Program-made: the position numbers and the translations under genes
The notes under the pieces: model-generated
Seen by the model: the letters and a program-made list of their open reading frames with translations, nothing else
What the model was told of the DNA's origin: nothing
The model's database searches: none
From: a virus
Lineage: Duplodnaviria > Caudoviricetes
Virus record (IMG/VR): IMGVR_UViG_3300044676_000300
Location: 1-36,803 of that record
Reading direction: 5' to 3' (one strand)
Length of the DNA stretch: 36,803 nucleotides
Shown here: in pieces, positions 1 to 10,122 of the stretch
Layout of the letters: every line of letters begins with the position of its first letter
How positions within the stretch are numbered: position 1 is the stretch's first letter

Positions 1-127
1 GGGCTTTGATCCGCTGCGGAGCAATTTCTGCTTCGATAAAGTCCACCGCATCTTGGATTGCTTTGGAGACAATACCTTCGATCTGTGTTTCATCTAATGG
101 TTCTGGACGCATTTAATTCTCCTAGCG
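1..127 (+). repeat. Terminal direct repeat, copy 1 (assembly circularisation overlap)
   Basis: Identical to 36677-36803; lies mostly inside the portal 5' end; 127 is a common assembler k-mer size. Confidence 0.95.
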
Positions 128-2302
128 CGGTATGTTTATGCCTGTTACACCGCGATACATATCATAGAATGGATCGCCGCCTTGACCACTTGCCGCGGCA
201 GCACCCGCTGCACCAGAAATCGGCTGTGTGGCTCTGCCTAATGGTACATCAAAACTTTTTTCAGCAACAGCACCTGAGAACATCTTAATAAATGGCGCTC
301 TCATACCTAGGCGCACAATAGAAGTCTGACCAAATTTTTCTGCCAACAACCCTAACAAGCTGTTCGCTGTCGTCATCGTGTTACTGTAGTTTTTTGCACC
401 CGCTGTTGCGCGTGTTGCGACTGAGGCAAACCGTGAAATCAACCGCTGTTCTTCTGGACTAAACAAACCTGAAATCAGATCGGGATTGTTTTTTTTCATT
501 TCATTCCAAAAGTTTTGAAACTGACGACCAGAAATAACTGGTTGACCATCATCACCCATTTTACGGGCGCGGTTCGCCATATGAATGAATGCCTCTTGAC
601 GCAATTCGTTCCATTGTTCGTCTGGCAAGTTGGCTTTCATAGTCCGCAAATCACGTACCATTTGTGTCCCCTTGCTCAACTTCGATCCCGCTGCGCCGAA
701 CAAATAGTTTGCCACGTTTTCTGGCGGCTCTTTAAATACAAGTTCCCCGTCCCGCGTTACCTGCTTCGTCAATCTGTTTAAGATACCATCTGATTTCCAC
801 TTTTTAGCAAAATCAGAATAATTACGGATTGCGGCAAGTTGTGCTGTCACCGCTTCGTCGGCACCAAGCAAAAGTTGTTGATCTACAAGAGCCTTTAATG
901 ATGCGTCAAGTTGCTGTCGCACTTCACCTGCCGCACGTTGTGTAACTGAACCCGCATCACCTGCATTGACTAGCTGTCTGCGAAGTTGAAACAAACGTGT
1001 GATGTCGCCGCCTGTCGCCAAAACTTCTTCCATCTCACTTACGATTTGATCGACAGCACGTATCTCCATTGGTGGATAGTTTCTTGTAACACTGCGCAAA
1101 TCATCCGCGACTGCGCCAGCCATATTTGGGCTTACAAACGCATGTCCAGACCGTTTAGCAATGTTGAATAATTCTGTTGCTTTAGACTTTTCTGCTGCAC
1201 GTTGTGTGAATAAAGCCTCTTGCGCTGCCTTGCCGCCTTGACCAGTTGTAATTTCCTCACCGCCTAGGCCGCGTTGAATTTGTTTTAAGTTTTCGGACAA
1301 AGCCTCTTGCTGTAGCCCACGCTGCCTTTCCATAAACAAACGTGTTCCTTCACCAAAGGCACCGCTTTCTGCTTGGTCTTCAAATAACTGCTGTGCGCGT
1401 GATCCTGATGCTTCACCGCGCGTAAGGGGTACAGGTGTTGGTAGGCTTTCGGCTTCTGCAAGTGCCGCAGATGCTTCTGGTTTTCCAACGCGACTAACTT
1501 CGCCTTTAATTTTAGCTGCTAATTCCGCAGTGATGTTATCAGGGTCTAAGCCTAGCTCTGTCAGTTGTTTGCGCACACTAGGCTTAAGATTGCCGCTGCT
1601 ATCTAAAACAGTTGATGGTCTGGTTTTAACTTTTGCAACAATATCACCAAGAACTTGCGCTGCTTTTGCGCCTAGCGCACCACCGAAAAATCCGATTGGT
1701 ATATCAAAAACTTGGAATGGGTCATCACTTAGTTTAGAACTAGCCGCTTCAACGATTGCAGCCTCTGTCATACCGATTAATCCACCACCAAGCATACCTG
1801 CTGTTGGTAGACCCGCTAAACCGCCTGTTGCTGCGATTGCCTGACCAAGCGCCACAGCACCCGCGCCCTGCATAAGATCAACAGCATTTAATCCCTTTGG
1901 GTTTGGATAAAAACGTGTGTACTGCTGCGTTTCCTGACCATCACGGTAAACGGGCGCGATCACAACCAGATTACCAAAGCGATCTTTATCAAACTGAGCA
2001 TTTGGTAAAATCTTCTGGATGCCTGACTGCAAACGGTCATCACTTGCTGTCGTCGCAAGTAGCGCTGTCATTTGTCGCGCCTTATCTTCTGGTAAGCCTA
2101 AGTTTGCGCCCTGAATGAGAGGTATTGTTTCCTCACGCTTTCCACCCTTGAACCAATCCATTAATGACTGTTCTTCGATCTCAGGCTTTGGGCCACCCTC
2201 TAAACCTTGCAGCATTTCTTCTATTGAGAGAATGCGCTGTGTATTCTGTTGTTGCTCTGAGCCGATGCCCTGCAACATTTCCTCAATAGTTAGATTAGCC
2301 AT
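122..2302 (-). CDS. Large internal virion / DNA ejection protein (726 aa)
   Basis: Last of a run of Gly/Ala/Gln-rich helical proteins after the nozzle; Gly-rich hydrophobic stretch at aa ~140-220; N-terminal repeat L(T/S)IEEMLQG x2. Confidence 0.7.
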   Translation of the reverse strand: MANLTIEEMLQGIGSEQQQNTQRILSIEEMLQGLEGGPKPEIEEQSLMDWFKGGKREETIPLIQGANLGLPEDKARQMTALLATTASDDRLQSGIQKILPNAQFDKDRFGNLVVIAPVYRDGQETQQYTRFYPNPKGLNAVDLMQGAGAVALGQAIAATGGLAGLPTAGMLGGGLIGMTEAAIVEAASSKLSDDPFQVFDIPIGFFGGALGAKAAQVLGDIVAKVKTRPSTVLDSSGNLKPSVRKQLTELGLDPDNITAELAAKIKGEVSRVGKPEASAALAEAESLPTPVPLTRGEASGSRAQQLFEDQAESGAFGEGTRLFMERQRGLQQEALSENLKQIQRGLGGEEITTGQGGKAAQEALFTQRAAEKSKATELFNIAKRSGHAFVSPNMAGAVADDLRSVTRNYPPMEIRAVDQIVSEMEEVLATGGDITRLFQLRRQLVNAGDAGSVTQRAAGEVRQQLDASLKALVDQQLLLGADEAVTAQLAAIRNYSDFAKKWKSDGILNRLTKQVTRDGELVFKEPPENVANYLFGAAGSKLSKGTQMVRDLRTMKANLPDEQWNELRQEAFIHMANRARKMGDDGQPVISGRQFQNFWNEMKKNNPDLISGLFSPEEQRLISRFASVATRATAGAKNYSNTMTTANSLLGLLAEKFGQTSIVRLGMRAPFIKMFSGAVAEKSFDVPLGRATQPISGAAGAAAASGQGGDPFYDMYRGVTGINIPR

Positions 2303-2312
2303 TGTTCACCTA

Positions 2313-3932
2313 TTAATTACCTTGAGCCGCCTTTAGTGCGTCACGAAATTGGGTTTTTTGTGTCTCTGTCATATTCGCGTAGCCTGCATATGCGGCATTC
2401 AAATCATCTAGTGACATTCCCGTGTAAGGATTAGTCATACCCTGAGATGCTTGTTGATCTCTACGCGCTTTGACAATTTCCATCCAATCATTTTTTGTAT
2501 TGTTTGGATTTGATAAGAAAGACGCAGCTTCTTCAGTATACGCCCGCAATTTCGAAAGAGCTTCTCTGCGCTTGACCAAAAACTTTCGCAATTCGACTTC
2601 ATTTGCATTGGGCGGATAGGCTGTTGCCATAGCAATGTCTAATTCTGACTGAGACAAGGCACCAAAGGTAACTGATGAAACAATATCCAAGCCCATTTGA
2701 CGAAGTGCTGAGTTTAGGCCACCAGCCCTATCTGTAATATCAGGCAATAGGTTCAGTATGATATTTCTTTTTGCACCAGCATCAATTTCAGCAATCGCAC
2801 GGTCAATCGTAGTAATTTGAGCCGTAAGTAGTTCTGCTTTGTCAAAGGCATCTTGTGCAGATTTTTGCTGGAATTTTGCTGCTTCTGTTGTGCCAGTAGA
2901 TAGTCCTTCCATCGCAATACCGCTTAGTTCAGCTTCACGCAAAACTTTTGCTGCTTCTGGCCCTTCAGGAACTAACATACCTTCTCTGTTGTAAACCTTG
3001 CGACCCTTATCGGTAATTACGTAGTAGGCACCATTTTTAAATTTTACAGACGATCTAATTTTGTCGCCGCTAGTGTCATAAAGTTGCGCTGTGAGGACTT
3101 TGTATGCCTCTGCGGGTGTCATGGCTCCAGACTTCACCGCACCAAGCAATTGCTTCGCCAAGGCCGCACCTGCACCAGTACCGCCAGCAATGCGCTCTAA
3201 TTCTGCAATAGTAGCATTCTTTGTTGCATCTTGTTTTTCGAATGCCGCGCGTTGCAATCCCTGTTCAGCTATCTGCTGACCCATGCCAGTGCCTTGCAAA
3301 ACAAGCGGATCAAGTGATTTACCCACACGACCAAAGAAATTTAATCCTGTATTAGGGTCACGCCGCATAAGTCGTTGACCAAGGTTCATTCCTGAATTGT
3401 CAGGCTGCATAAAGCTAAGAAGTGACATTGGTTTTCTACCATTCATTTTTGCAGTCAGGGGTGTCCCCGCCTCCTGTGGTCTGTTCGCCTTTGCAAAAGC
3501 ATTCAAATCATCCAAGCGCGATCCACGCCATTGAGCAATCCCATACGCACCTTGACCGCCACCCTCTGGATTAAAGGCATTGGCCCTTATTTCTGGGTAG
3601 CTTTCAGCCATAAGATTACCAACTACCCCTGAAGCCTGCGCACCGCTCAACCCTTTATCAGTGAGAAAACGGTAAGCGCGTATTGCATTCTGCGGCAAAT
3701 CTGGGACTTCTTTTTGCATCTCTGTAAAAACAGTAGATGCATTGTTCATTCTTGTATCCATGCCAGAGCCGCCAGCACGTTCATACAGTTGCTCAAATTG
3801 TTTTGCGTATCCACTAGGCGATAGTTGATTATTACCTCTGAATGCTTTCAGGGTACGATTTTCCTTACCCGTTAACTCATCCCATAAGAAAGCTAACTGT
3901 GTATCAAAGGGGATATCAAAAGGTGCCGCCAT
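2313..3932 (-). CDS. Ejection protein with N-terminal, circularly permuted phage tail lysozyme (Phage_lysozyme2-like) domain (539 aa)
   Basis: Motifs KGLSGAQASGVVGNLMAES, GAYGIAQWRGSR, TQLAFLWDEL and FEQLYERAG in the first 150 aa; helical remainder. Confidence 0.8.
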   Translation of the reverse strand: MAAPFDIPFDTQLAFLWDELTGKENRTLKAFRGNNQLSPSGYAKQFEQLYERAGGSGMDTRMNNASTVFTEMQKEVPDLPQNAIRAYRFLTDKGLSGAQASGVVGNLMAESYPEIRANAFNPEGGGQGAYGIAQWRGSRLDDLNAFAKANRPQEAGTPLTAKMNGRKPMSLLSFMQPDNSGMNLGQRLMRRDPNTGLNFFGRVGKSLDPLVLQGTGMGQQIAEQGLQRAAFEKQDATKNATIAELERIAGGTGAGAALAKQLLGAVKSGAMTPAEAYKVLTAQLYDTSGDKIRSSVKFKNGAYYVITDKGRKVYNREGMLVPEGPEAAKVLREAELSGIAMEGLSTGTTEAAKFQQKSAQDAFDKAELLTAQITTIDRAIAEIDAGAKRNIILNLLPDITDRAGGLNSALRQMGLDIVSSVTFGALSQSELDIAMATAYPPNANEVELRKFLVKRREALSKLRAYTEEAASFLSNPNNTKNDWMEIVKARRDQQASQGMTNPYTGMSLDDLNAAYAGYANMTETQKTQFRDALKAAQGN

Positions 3933-4850
3933 CTAACCAAACATGCTTGCGCCAACTTGCATATAGTTGAACAATCCTGGGTTGAAGGTTTGAGATGTAC
4001 CACCACCTGTGGTTGTTTGCGTTGTTCCGTAAGGCACCATGCCAAGAGCTTGTAGAGGTAGCTGCATCTTCTGTGTTGGCGCATTTACATAATTTAAATA
4101 CTGACCTCTTGCTGCATTTATCAAGTCTTGCATTGCCGCTTGCTGCATGCCGCCCTGCTTCATCTGCTGGTTGCCGATAGCTTCACCGTATCCAAACGAT
4201 TGTTGGCCCATACCCGCAAGTTGACCTGCCGCTCCTAGTTGACGACTTAGATCGGCCTGTGAAGCGCCCAGAGCAGTGTTAAATCCTTGTGCGCGTAATT
4301 GTCCCGCCGCATCTGCCATCTGTTGCGTGTAGCCCTTCATCGCTTCTGCTTCAGCGATACCTTGACGCGATCCGCCAAAAGCCCGTGCTTGCTGTGCTTG
4401 TGCGCCAATCTGGTTTAACCCCATCTGCGCTGCCGATCCAACGTCACGCAGTGTTTGCTGCACTACTTGGTTTTCGTAGGGGTTTTGATAAGCTGCCATG
4501 CCGCCCGCTGCGGTTTGGCCCATGCCCGCCGCTGTTCGCGCCATAGATGCTTGCTGAGCCATAGAAGCCTGATTGTACGGATTAGCCATGTTTGTTTGTG
4601 GTGGTTGTAATTGCTGACCAGTTGCACCACCAGCATTTGGGGCTGCGCTTGCAAAACCAAGTTGTCCGCGCTGTCGCGTAATACCTGCGCTATCAACATA
4701 TGTGTCTGACTGATTACCGCCGCTAACAGGCATCATCTTTGGGTTTTCAAATGTTGAATAATTGTTTGGATCATTAAAACTACGGCCACCATTTTGACGC
4801 ATTCCTGTGTTCACACCTTGCGTCATTGCTGGGTTTGCTGCACCTGCCAT
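3933..4850 (-). CDS. Ejection/pilot protein, Gln/Gly/Ala-rich (305 aa)
   Basis: YQNPYENQVV and AFGGSRQG motifs typical of podovirus DNA-transfer proteins; gene position. Confidence 0.7.
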   Translation of the reverse strand: MAGAANPAMTQGVNTGMRQNGGRSFNDPNNYSTFENPKMMPVSGGNQSDTYVDSAGITRQRGQLGFASAAPNAGGATGQQLQPPQTNMANPYNQASMAQQASMARTAAGMGQTAAGGMAAYQNPYENQVVQQTLRDVGSAAQMGLNQIGAQAQQARAFGGSRQGIAEAEAMKGYTQQMADAAGQLRAQGFNTALGASQADLSRQLGAAGQLAGMGQQSFGYGEAIGNQQMKQGGMQQAAMQDLINAARGQYLNYVNAPTQKMQLPLQALGMVPYGTTQTTTGGGTSQTFNPGLFNYMQVGASMFG

Positions 4851-4851
4851 G

Positions 4852-5355
4852 TTACTTTCCTCTACCTTGAACGCTCACTGGCTGAACGCCAAGAGGTGAT
4901 GATGGTTGATATTGCTGAACCGCAAAGTCTGGTGTCCCCTCTGGAACTACATTTTCACCCTGCACTCCTGTTACTGGGTTCATGAAAAAGCTATCCATGT
5001 ATTGCGCTTGCGCTGGGCGATATTGACGTAAGTTTTCTACTGATTGCTCAAATACTGGCGCTGATGAATAGCCCTGTACGCCACCTGCAAATTCGGTTGC
5101 CTCTGGCATATATTGCCCTGCGCCCGTATTCATTCCAAATGCACCTGCGGCCTGCTGAGTATTCTGAAAACCTGCTTGCTGCATTGGGCTAAACGCAGCT
5201 ACGTCTGGCCCGTAATATGGAACGTAACCAATGTTGGACAGCTTGTCTGCCAGAGCTAGGTTTTGCTTGGAAGCATCTTCAATATACTGCGGTAGTTCTT
5301 GCGTCACCGTTTGCGGTGATGCCTGTTGGATTGTCGTTGTGCCACCTTTAGACAT
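4852..5355 (-). CDS. Small ejection-module protein (167 aa)
   Basis: MSKGG-TTT N-terminus and PYYGPDVAAFSPMQ motif typical of pilot proteins following the GNAT-like gene. Confidence 0.65.
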   Translation of the reverse strand: MSKGGTTTIQQASPQTVTQELPQYIEDASKQNLALADKLSNIGYVPYYGPDVAAFSPMQQAGFQNTQQAAGAFGMNTGAGQYMPEATEFAGGVQGYSSAPVFEQSVENLRQYRPAQAQYMDSFFMNPVTGVQGENVVPEGTPDFAVQQYQPSSPLGVQPVSVQGRGK

Positions 5356-5732
5356 TACTCAATTTCCTTTTTGTATGTGGCGTACAATGGTTCCCAACCA
5401 TTTGCCATCAACGGTTTTTTCCAACCAAATCTTCCTGTCATTGTAGCATTTTCACATCCGTGTGCCAACGCCCATGCTTTAACATCGTCATTCATGTCTA
5501 AAATCTGGTCTAATTCACCACCAGCCAAGAACACGTTTAACACCTTTTTTCTAGGATATACCACAATTTCCGTAACAATACACCCCCTTGGGGCAGGCCA
5601 CAATTGCATGTTACCCGTAGCAACTGCATCCACTATATCTTGATATTCGTGTGTGCCGTTAGCGTATTCAAGCGCTGCCTCTATCCAAGGCCGACACCGC
5701 TCCAAGTGATCTATGGGTGTTAGATCGTTCAT
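5355..5732 (-). CDS. Putative GNAT-fold (acetyltransferase-like) virion assembly protein (125 aa)
   Basis: Start reassigned to ATG 5732 (ATGA overlap); IVTEIVVYPRKKVLNVFLAGG and GRFGWKK motifs; typical position ahead of ejection genes. Confidence 0.6.
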   Translation of the reverse strand: MNDLTPIDHLERCRPWIEAALEYANGTHEYQDIVDAVATGNMQLWPAPRGCIVTEIVVYPRKKVLNVFLAGGELDQILDMNDDVKAWALAHGCENATMTGRFGWKKPLMANGWEPLYATYKKEIE

Positions 5733-6388
5733 CCATGTATCCTTGTAATATGAAGCGTTGTGGCTGGCGCTGCTGGGGAAAAAGTTGTTGCCGCTGCTGC
5801 CTCTAGGAAACCTGATGTGTTGTCTACTGCCCACATAACCTGCAAATAGTCACCTGCACTAACGTCAAATTTAGCAGAACGCGAAACGACAACGGTAGCA
5901 TCGTTTTGATGCAGTGAGTAAACAATAGTGTTGTTTGGCGCATCTGTACCATTCAATCTGGGCCAAAAATAAAACTTTACTGTGCTAGATGACGTTGACG
6001 AAATCTGTGCTGAGAACATAACAACATATTCGCCAGCTTCGCTAAACACGATCTTACTGTTGTCTGTAGCGTCACGATCTATCCCCACATTCCCTGTAGG
6101 TGCATCGTATGTAACCGCATATGCAATATTTATTGCTGCTGCTGTGACATCTGTATTGCGATAAAAGGATGCATGACCATCCTCTAAAACAACCTGAACA
6201 AACGCGCCATCTTTAGACACAACAGGATATTTGTTTGTGCGATCCCACAAGATAACGCCATCCTCAGATGGATTGTCGTCTGCTGTCTTTTGTCCTAACT
6301 TTGCAAGATTGCGTTGCAAATATGACGAAAGTTGCCGCCCCCACTGGCGTAGGTCTGGGCCAAGAGGGGGTAATATTGGGCTTGGCAC
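5729..6388 (-). CDS. Tail-associated structural protein, beta-rich C-terminal domain (219 aa)
   Basis: Coupled to the nozzle gene; N-terminal helix then a C1q/TNF-like pattern (GEYVVMFSAQI, GDYLQVMW). Confidence 0.6.
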   Translation of the reverse strand: MPSPILPPLGPDLRQWGRQLSSYLQRNLAKLGQKTADDNPSEDGVILWDRTNKYPVVSKDGAFVQVVLEDGHASFYRNTDVTAAAINIAYAVTYDAPTGNVGIDRDATDNSKIVFSEAGEYVVMFSAQISSTSSSTVKFYFWPRLNGTDAPNNTIVYSLHQNDATVVVSRSAKFDVSAGDYLQVMWAVDNTSGFLEAAAATTFSPAAPATTLHITRIHG

Positions 6389-8349
6389 TAGCGTTTACCC
6401 CCAGCAATTGTGTCTATTCGCATGTTCCCAACTTTCCATTGGGTTGCGCTTTGACCCTCAACCCGCATACGAAGCTGACGACCAGAAAAACGTACACTTG
6501 TCGGGTTAGCAGGCGTATATGGCCCGTGAGTAGTTTCGGTTGCGTTTGGATAAAAACGTGTCTTGAAGGTTACGTTTACGTCACCCTGCGTTATTTCATC
6601 AGGTATTAACTTTGTAACCTTCGCAATATTGTCGCCCGCCCCAAGGCTGATAGGCCCACTTTCTGCAAAAGTTGTTTCGTTATCAAAGTTATATCCCACT
6701 TCGTGATCATACAAATCACTGTCTGCATTGTGACCTGCCATGATAGGATATTGGAAAACGCCGCCCTGAATACCTGCCGTGCGGGACATTTCGCCAATCA
6801 ACCAATGGTTTTCTTTGTAATCAAACGCAACATAACGGTCTATTTCTATGCTTCCAGAGGACGGATAGAACCACCATATTTCACCATTTTGACCGTTGGC
6901 AAACGACCATACCTTTGAAATCTGGCCCACGTTAATATCGCCAAACACATAATCGTGAACATCGCATGGTATTTCTTGGACAGAGTTTCCGTCAAACCTG
7001 AAGAAACCGCTTTTACCCATCCAGAAAACGCCGATGTCTACATCAGATGCAGATTTCCGTGAAATAGCTCCACAAGCCGTTCCTACGCGCTCAAATCCGT
7101 AAACGTAGGGTGGGCCTAGATAACGTGCTGTATGCGCGTCTGTGTCCGTTATGATTAGTGTCTGACCGCGTGTACGAACACCCTGCATAATTTGACCAGA
7201 TGTTTGCAAATCAATGTCGCCAGCTTCGTTTGTTGCCGCGGCTGTCCACAACGTATTGTTTTCACGATCACACCATTGAACGCGCCGTGGATTACCGCCT
7301 GCACCAAGAGCAAAAACAAATCGTTCCTCTGTCACGACCATGCCAACATTGTTAATCGGCGCATTAGGTAATGGTCTGGCGTGAGTGACATTACCATCTG
7401 AATTGATATCTAACGAATAAAACGTGTAGTTAAATTGTATGCTATCACTAGCAAGCGCACCGAAGTAAATTGTTGCAGTACCATCATCATCAGCGACAAA
7501 AGTGCCATCCACTGATGGTGTAGGCGGTACGCCCGAACTAGGCTGATAGTTGTCATAGAAATATTGGGTTGTAGTCCCATTATCGTAATCAACCTGCACA
7601 TAAAAAACGTAAGTTGTATTACTGGCTTGCCCAAAAATTACTTTAGTAACGTACTCTGCGCCCCTTTTTATAGGAATATTTGAGTGACGACGAAATGTGT
7701 TACTATATGTAGACGTAACCATGTTCGCACTCTCTATGCCAGAGTTTGCTGGATTTTGGTTGTCTGGGAAAAAGCTAGTTGACCAACTAAAATTAGGATT
7801 TGTTGATGTCGTAGTTGTAACCGCAGCGTCATCCATCGGGAAATAAGTTCCAGATGTAGGAACACTTAAATCCCATTCCAATATTCTGCCATCGTCATAA
7901 TGAAGGCCCAGAAGGTATTCTCCCCAGTTATCCAAGGCCCACGTTGTCGCCTCTTGCGGCACCGTGTTTTGTGTTACTTGTCTTGGCTGACCGTAAATAC
8001 CATAGTTATAACTTCCACCGCCATAACCGACATTCGCCGCAGCATCTTCACGACCCGTTGCAAGATCATCTGGGGTGACGTTGTACAAGGTTCCGCCACC
8101 TGTCATTACCATCAATGCATCATGTGACGCGCCAGAAAGCCATACGCTACCGTTGTTTGTTTCCCACGCATGTAAGCCACGAACTGGATTGGTTGCAAAG
8201 GATGTTTTGCGCTCACGCCACCCACCAATTGGACGCAGTGAGTTGTCACGCCACCGCACTAGCGATCCATCACGCCAGCGCCCAGCTTGCTCTAAATCAG
8301 TCCCGTTTCGATAGAAGCCTGCGGGTATGTCTAGCGGTACTAACGTCAT
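6388..8349 (-). CDS. Tail nozzle / packaged-DNA stabilisation protein (P22 gp10-like) with inserted domain (653 aa)
   Basis: Beta-propeller-type motifs (WALDNWGEYL, RRVQWCDREN, GEIWWFYPS, RFSGRQLRMRVE); position before ejection genes. Confidence 0.75.
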   Translation of the reverse strand: MTLVPLDIPAGFYRNGTDLEQAGRWRDGSLVRWRDNSLRPIGGWRERKTSFATNPVRGLHAWETNNGSVWLSGASHDALMVMTGGGTLYNVTPDDLATGREDAAANVGYGGGSYNYGIYGQPRQVTQNTVPQEATTWALDNWGEYLLGLHYDDGRILEWDLSVPTSGTYFPMDDAAVTTTTSTNPNFSWSTSFFPDNQNPANSGIESANMVTSTYSNTFRRHSNIPIKRGAEYVTKVIFGQASNTTYVFYVQVDYDNGTTTQYFYDNYQPSSGVPPTPSVDGTFVADDDGTATIYFGALASDSIQFNYTFYSLDINSDGNVTHARPLPNAPINNVGMVVTEERFVFALGAGGNPRRVQWCDRENNTLWTAAATNEAGDIDLQTSGQIMQGVRTRGQTLIITDTDAHTARYLGPPYVYGFERVGTACGAISRKSASDVDIGVFWMGKSGFFRFDGNSVQEIPCDVHDYVFGDINVGQISKVWSFANGQNGEIWWFYPSSGSIEIDRYVAFDYKENHWLIGEMSRTAGIQGGVFQYPIMAGHNADSDLYDHEVGYNFDNETTFAESGPISLGAGDNIAKVTKLIPDEITQGDVNVTFKTRFYPNATETTHGPYTPANPTSVRFSGRQLRMRVEGQSATQWKVGNMRIDTIAGGKR

Positions 8350-8354
8350 TTACT

Positions 8355-8609
8355 TCACCATTTACCCAAAGGGCATTCAGAACCATTAATGCGTGTCTTT
8401 GCTGGCATGATGCAATTACATTCACCGCACATAAACAATAGAGATTTGTACGACGAACATGCCTTGCAAATATCCATTCTTTGCGCAGCTTTTTCAGAGG
8501 ATGCAAGCGTACCCTCTGGGCAATCTATCTCCACTTGCTCACCATCAATATCTTGCCAGCAACGAAGCCCGTGAACTGGGAAGTCTTGTGATGTGTTGTC
8601 GTCTACCAT
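8355..8609 (-). CDS. Small Cys-rich protein (DUF6171-like, 84 aa)
   Basis: RMDICKAC...CGECNCIMPAK...CPLGKW pattern. Confidence 0.7.
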   Translation of the reverse strand: MVDDNTSQDFPVHGLRCWQDIDGEQVEIDCPEGTLASSEKAAQRMDICKACSSYKSLLFMCGECNCIMPAKTRINGSECPLGKW

Positions 8610-8619
8610 CTGTTTGCCC

Positions 8620-9606
8620 TTACGTTGAACCGTAGATTGTGCCGTTGTTTGTTAGGGTTGCATATGTGCCAGAGATTGCTGAACCACCTGCGCCAGCGCC
8701 TGAACCCGTGCCAGCCGCACCCCAGCCGCCACCGCTAATGGTGACATTCTCTGTTGCGCTGAGAATAGAACCGCCCGTGCCGCCGTACCCTGTAGCAACG
8801 ATTACGCCGCCGTAGTTAATTGTGACACCTGACACCGTACAAGGTGGTGGGCCTCCACCCGTGCCAGAGCCAACACAAGAACCACTAGAACCCGTTGTCG
8901 TACCACCTGACCCCGCGTATGCACCTTGATTGCCACCTGCCGCATATGTGATTGTAGCCACTGATGGGCCACAACAACTTGCAGTAACTGTACCGCCCTC
9001 TGAACAGCCAAAAGTAACACTGCCGCATGAGCTAAAGGTTTGGTTGACTGAACTGGCTGCTGGGCCTGCGGTATTAGGCAGTGATTGGCCTGCGCCACCG
9101 CCCCCACCTGTCGATGCCCCTCCACCCCCTCCGCCAGCAATAAATGCCCCAGAGTTGTTCGTGACCGTAACACTGTCGGTTGTAGTAATCTCTAATGCAT
9201 CGCCACCGTCTTGACCCGCTGAACCGCCCCGTCCAGTGATCGCACCACTGTTGTTAATGGTAATGCCATTTGGGAAGCTGCCAGCAACGACCATGCCGCC
9301 TGTAGAGGTTGTCGTGGAATATACAGTTGTGCCTGACGTAACATTGACAACTAACGGTTCATTTCCATCCCAGCCATCAGAAATTGCCAATGCTCTGACA
9401 TCTGCGTTTGCAACATCGTCAACAATAGAAAAAGCATATTCTCTTGCCGCGCCATACCATTCTGAAAAACGCGCTTGCGCACCAGCACCTTTGCTTATCA
9501 AGTCACGGATGTCTGCGTCATTAAGACTAACCTCAGTACCCGAAGTACCACCAGCCTCAACGTGCATGTCATTTAGGGATATTGCACCACTGGTTTGTAG
9601 AGCCAT
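8620..9606 (-). CDS. Gly-rich tail-tip adhesin (T-even gp38-like, 328 aa)
   Basis: MALQTSGAISL N-terminus, INNSGAITGRGG, IAGGGGGG and NNGTIYG glycine-rich motifs. Confidence 0.7.
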   Translation of the reverse strand: MALQTSGAISLNDMHVEAGGTSGTEVSLNDADIRDLISKGAGAQARFSEWYGAAREYAFSIVDDVANADVRALAISDGWDGNEPLVVNVTSGTTVYSTTTSTGGMVVAGSFPNGITINNSGAITGRGGSAGQDGGDALEITTTDSVTVTNNSGAFIAGGGGGGASTGGGGGAGQSLPNTAGPAASSVNQTFSSCGSVTFGCSEGGTVTASCCGPSVATITYAAGGNQGAYAGSGGTTTGSSGSCVGSGTGGGPPPCTVSGVTINYGGVIVATGYGGTGGSILSATENVTISGGGWGAAGTGSGAGAGGSAISGTYATLTNNGTIYGST

Positions 9607-10100
9607 TAGATTGTTCCGTAAGCTGTGACGTTTCCGACTACTGTTAAATCACCGTTTGCTTCTAGCTTCATTTTATTTGTGCCGCCTGTAGCAAAATAAA
9701 GAACACCTGAACTTTCTGTAATAGTCCAATCACCTAAGTCTACAGTTGTTATGTTGGCTGTTGTAATGGTTGCTGTAGGGATTGTTGCAGTCCCTGTAAA
9801 TGTCGGACTAGCCAAAGGTGCTTTTGCATCTAACTGCGTTTGTATATCGCTTGTAACACCAACAACACGGTTTATCTCTGCTGTTGAGGCTGTTACGCCA
9901 TTCAGCTTGTTTAGTTCTGTGGCAGAGGCCGTTACAGCGACACCATCAACTTTCCATCCCGCTCCTGATGTAACCACATTTGGCGTGGTTTCTTCACCAC
10001 CATTGTGCGCACTAACTATGTCGTCCAGCGCGGTATTTAACTTTGTCCCCCAACCATCTGCGTCACCACCGACTGTTGGCTTTGTCACACTAAAAGTCAT
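9606..10100 (-). CDS. Short tail fibre shaft protein (164 aa)
   Basis: KPTVGGDADGWGTKLN anchor, TASATELN repeats, KAPLASPTFTG, C-terminal GDLTVVGNVTAY. Confidence 0.7.
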   Translation of the reverse strand: MTFSVTKPTVGGDADGWGTKLNTALDDIVSAHNGGEETTPNVVTSGAGWKVDGVAVTASATELNKLNGVTASTAEINRVVGVTSDIQTQLDAKAPLASPTFTGTATIPTATITTANITTVDLGDWTITESSGVLYFATGGTNKMKLEANGDLTVVGNVTAYGTI

Positions 10101-10122
10101 GTCTCATTCCTTTGTTACAAGA

